Shown here one piece after another: positions 59,936 through 64,000 of a stretch of 64,000 nucleotides of DNA. The notes beneath the pieces are model-generated. The model had not been told where the DNA came from. It searched no databases and worked only from the letters and a program-made list of their open reading frames with translations. The stretch's first letter is position 1, and each line of letters opens with the position of its first letter. Origin of the DNA: Malacoraja senta. Lineage: Eukaryota. The DNA lies in the NCBI GenBank assembly GCA_038087875.1, contig JAXLNO010000214.1, positions 1-64,000 on the forward strand, written 5' to 3'. Position numbers and translations under genes: made by a program.

Positions 59936-60629
59936 ATAGACAATAGACGCAGGAGTAGGCCATTTGGCCCTTCCAGCCAGCACCGCCACTCAATGTGAAC
60001 ATGGCTGATCATCCCCAATCAATACCCCGATCCCGCCTTCTCCCATATCCCCTGACTCCGCTATTTTTTAAGAGCCCTATCTAGCTCTCTCTTGAAAGCA
60101 TCCAGAGAACCTGCCTCCACCGCCCTCTGAGGCAGAGAATTCCACAGACTCACCACTCTCTGTGAGAAAAAGTGTTTCCTTGTCTCCGTTCTAAATGGCT
60201 TACTCCTTATTCTTAAACTGTGTGTGGCCCCTGGTTCTAGACTCCCCCAACATCGGGAACATGTTTCCGGCCTCTAGCGTGTCCAAGCCCTTAACAATCT
60301 TAAATGTTTAAATGAGATAACCTCTCATCCCTCTAAACTCCAGAGTGCACAAGCCCAGCTGCTCCATTCTCTCAGCATATGAGAGTCCCGCCATCCCGGG
60401 AATTAGCCTTGTATGGAATGACACAGTGCGGCTAGTACTGATGTAATGACATGCTGTGGGGTAGCACTGAAATAATGATACTTTTGTGCTAGTACCTATG
60501 GAATGACACACTGTGGGTTAGTGATGATGTAGAACTGACACATTGTGTTGTAGAACTGATAGAGAGACACATACTCATGTAATGATACATTCTCGCATAG
60601 TGCTGACGGAGTAACACTCTTTGGGGTAG

Positions 60630-63600
60630 TACTTAGAAACATGGAAAATAGGTGCAGGAGTAGGCCATTCGGCCCTTCGCGCCTGCACCGCCATTCAATA
60701 TGATCTTTGCTGATCATCCAACTCAGTATCCTGTACCTGCCTTCTCTCCATACCCCCTGATCCCTTTAGCCACACGGGCCACATCTAACTCCCTCTTAAA
60801 TATAGCCAATGAACTGGCTTCAACTACCTTCTGTGGCAGAGAATTCCACAGATTCACCACTCTCTGTGTGAAAAATGATTTTCTCATCTCGGTCCTAAAG
60901 GACTTCCCCCTTATCCTTAAACTGTGACCCCTTGTTCTGGAGTTCCTGAACATCAGGAACAATCTTCCTGCATCTAGCCTGTCCAACTCCTTAAGAATTG
61001 TGTAAGTTTCTATAAGATCCCCCCTCAATCTTCTAAATTCTAGCGAGTACAAGCCGAGTCTATCCAGTCTTTCCTCATATGAAAGTCCTGCCATCCCAGG
61101 AATCAGTCTGCTTGCCTTCTCTGTACTCCCTATATGGCAAGAATGTCTTTCCTCAGATTAGGAGACCAAAACTGTACGCAATACTCCAGGTGTGGCCTCA
61201 CCAAGACCCTGTTCAACTGCAGTAGAAACTCCCTGCTCTTATACTCAAATCCTTTTGCTATGAATGCTAACATACCATTCGATTTCTTCACTGCCTGCTG
61301 CACCTGCATGCCTACTTTCAATGACTGGTGTACCATGACACACAGGACTCGTTGCATCTCCCCTTTTCCTAATCGGCCACCATTCAGATAATAGTCTACT
61401 TTCCTGTTTTTCCCACCAAAGTGAATAACCTCACATTTATCCACATTATACTGCATCTGCCATGCATTTGCCAACTCACAAAACATATCCAAGTCACCTT
61501 GAAGCCTCCTAGCATCCTCCTCACAGCTAACACTGCTCCCCAGCTTCGTGTCATCCGCAAACTTGGAGAAGTTGCATTCAATTCCGTCGTCCAAATCATT
61601 AATATATATTGTAAATAGCTGGGGTCCCAGCACTGAGCCTTGCGGTACGTCACTAGTCACTACCTGCCATTCTGAAAAGGACCCGTTTACTGCTACTCTT
61701 TGCTTCCTGTCTGCCAGCCATTTCTCTATCCACATCAATACTGAACCTCCAATACCGTGTGCTTTAAGTTTGCATACTAATCTCTTATGTGGGGCCTTGT
61801 CGAAAGCCTTCTGAAAGTCCAGATATCACACATCCACTGGTTCTCCCTTATCCAGTCTACTAGTTACATCCTCGAAAAAATTATATATGATTCGTCAGAC
61901 ATGATTTACCTTTCATAAATCTATGCTGAATTTGTCCAATGATTTCATCACTTTCCAAATGTGCTGGTATCCCATTTTAATAACTGACTCTAGCATTTTC
62001 CCCACTACCGATGTTAGACTAACTGGACTGTAATTTCGCATTTACTCTCTCCCTCCCTTTTTAAAAAGTGGGGTTACATTAGCTACACTCCAATCCTCAT
62101 GAACTACTCCAGAATCTAAAGAGTTTTGAAAAATTATCACATGCATCCACTATTCCTGGGGCTACTTCCTTAAGTACTCTGGGATGCATCCTATCTGGCC
62201 CGGTGGATTTATCGGCCTTTAATCCATTCAATTTACCTAACACCCAATTTACCCAATCCCAGCTAACCTGGATTTCACTCAGTTCATCCATCTCATTTGA
62301 CCCCCCGTCCCTGCTATTTCCGGCAGATTATTTCTGTCTTCCTCAGTGAAGACAGAACCAAAGTAGTTATTCAAGTGGTCTGCCATGTCCTTGTTCCCCA
62401 TGATCAATTCGCCAGTTTCTGACTGCAAGTGACCTACATTTGTTTTAACTAATCTTTTTCTCTTCACATATCTATACAAAACTGTGCAGTTAGTTTTTAT
62501 GTTCCCTGCCAGTTTTCTTTCATAATCTATTTTCCCTTTCCTAATTAAGACCTTTGTCCTCCTCTGCTGGACTCTGAATTTCTCCCAGTCATCTGGTAGG
62601 CTGCTTTATCTGGCTAATTTGTATGCTTCATCTTTTGTTTTGATACTATCCCTGATTTCCGTTGTTATACACGGATGCACTACCTTCCCTGATTTATTAT
62701 TTTGCCAAAGTGAGATGAACAATTGTTGTAGTTCATCCATGCAGTCTTTAAACGCCTTCCATTGCATATCCACCGCCAATCCTTTAAGAATCACTTGGCA
62801 GTCTATCTTGGCCAATTCATGTCTCATACCCTCAAAGTTACCTTTCTTTAAGTTCAGAACCCTTGTTTCTGAATTAACAATGTCACTCTCCATCCTAATG
62901 AATAAATCAACCCAAGGGGCCACGCACAGCAAGACTGCTAACTAACACTTCCTCATTACTCAATACCCAGTCTAGAATAGCCTGCTCTCTCGTTGGTTCC
63001 TCTACATGTTGGTTTAGAAAACTATCCCGCATACATTCCAAGAAATCCTCTTCCTCAGCACCCCTACCAATTTTATTCACCCAATCTATATGTAGTTTGA
63101 AGTCACCCATTATAACTGTTTTACCTTTGTTGCACGCATTTCTAATTTCCTGTTTGATGCCACCCCCAACTCCACTCCTACTGTTAGGTGGCCTGTACAC
63201 AACACCCACTAGCGTTTTCTGCCCCTTAGTGTTTCGCAGCTCTACCCATATCGATTACACATCCTCCAAGCTAATGTCCTTCCTCTCTATTGCGTTAATC
63301 TCCTCTCTACCCAGCAACGCGACCCCACCTCCTTTTCCTTTCTGTCTATCCCTCCTGAATATTGAATATCCCTGGATGTTCAGCTCCCAGCCTTGTTCAT
63401 CCTGGAGCCATGTCTCCGTGATCCCAACTATATCATATTCATTAATAACTTTCTGCACATTCAACTCATCCATCTTATTACGAATGCTCCTTGCATTGAG
63501 ACACAAAGCCTTCAGTTTGGTTTTTACAACACTCTTACCCCTTATACAATTATGTTGAAAAATGGCCCTTTTTTATTTTTGCCCTGGATTTTTCTGCCTG

Positions 63601-64000
63601 CCACTTTTACTTTTCACCTTGCTAGCTATTGTTTCTATCCTCATTTTTACACCTCTCCTGTCTCTCTGCTTATGCTCCCATCCCCCTGCCACATTATTTT
63701 AAATCCTCCCCGACAGCAATAGCAAACACTCCTCCAAGGACATTTGTTCCATTCCAGATCAGGTGCAGACCGTCCTGTTTGTACTGGTCCCACCTCCTCC
63801 AGAACTGGCTCCAATGTCCTAGAAATTTGAATCCCTCCCCCTTGCACCATTTTTCAAGCCACGTATTCATCTGCAATATCCTCCTATTTCTACTCTTACT
63901 AGCACGTGGCACTGGTAGTAATACAGAGATTATTATCTTTGAGGTCCTACTTTTCAGTTTATCTCCTAGCTCCCTAAATTCGCCTTGTTGGACCTCATCC
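60630..64000 (-). mobile_element. Duplicated copy of the CR1 at 48642-52395 (continues beyond window)
   Basis: Collinear reverse complement sharing disabling lesions (e.g. GATGTG-TAA stop at ~49749 / ~63255, gattgggt.aattgggt insertion). Confidence 0.95.

Larger units (their letters stand above)
49006..64000. repeat. Large inverted segmental duplication (left arm ~49006-56960, right arm 57727-64000+)
   Basis: CR1, minisatellite, upstream region, exon 1 and intron occur in mirror order on either side of the gap. Confidence 0.93.

Noticed and set aside
49006..64000. Inverted repeat as a pure haplotype or false-duplication artefact
   Set aside because: About 16% divergence, different N-termini and a 1.3-kb indel in the gene portion are too much for alleles. 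Orientation and distance across the 200-N gap remain unverified.

Overview
This is a eukaryotic (vertebrate) window, very likely from an elasmobranch (skate/ray), inferred from the CR1, Rex1 and Penelope-derived repeat types. Most of it is nested retroelement debris plus GA/TC-rich low-complexity DNA. Recognisable elements are CR1 LINEs, Rex1/Babar LINEs and short non-coding Rex1-like elements, two Tx1-clade L1s sitting in (GA)n/(TC)n, a near full-length L1, a DIRS element truncated by that L1, a Vingi/Ingi-like 3' fragment nested in Rex1 with an 11-bp TSD, a Crack/Daphne-like 3' end, and Penelope-like fragments with minimal hammerhead-ribozyme motifs. Under the first ~23 kb lies a decayed ~2.3-kb tandem unit that has been inflated by independent TE insertions. 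The only host genes seen are two convergent, short-N-terminus class A GPCR paralogues (GPR139/GPR142-like) flanking a 200-N gap. They lie in an inverted duplication whose divergence jumps from ~1-3% to ~16% at the proximal promoter. Most ORFs in the ORF track are artefacts of low-complexity or tandem repeats. Some 1-bp frameshifts may be long-read consensus errors.
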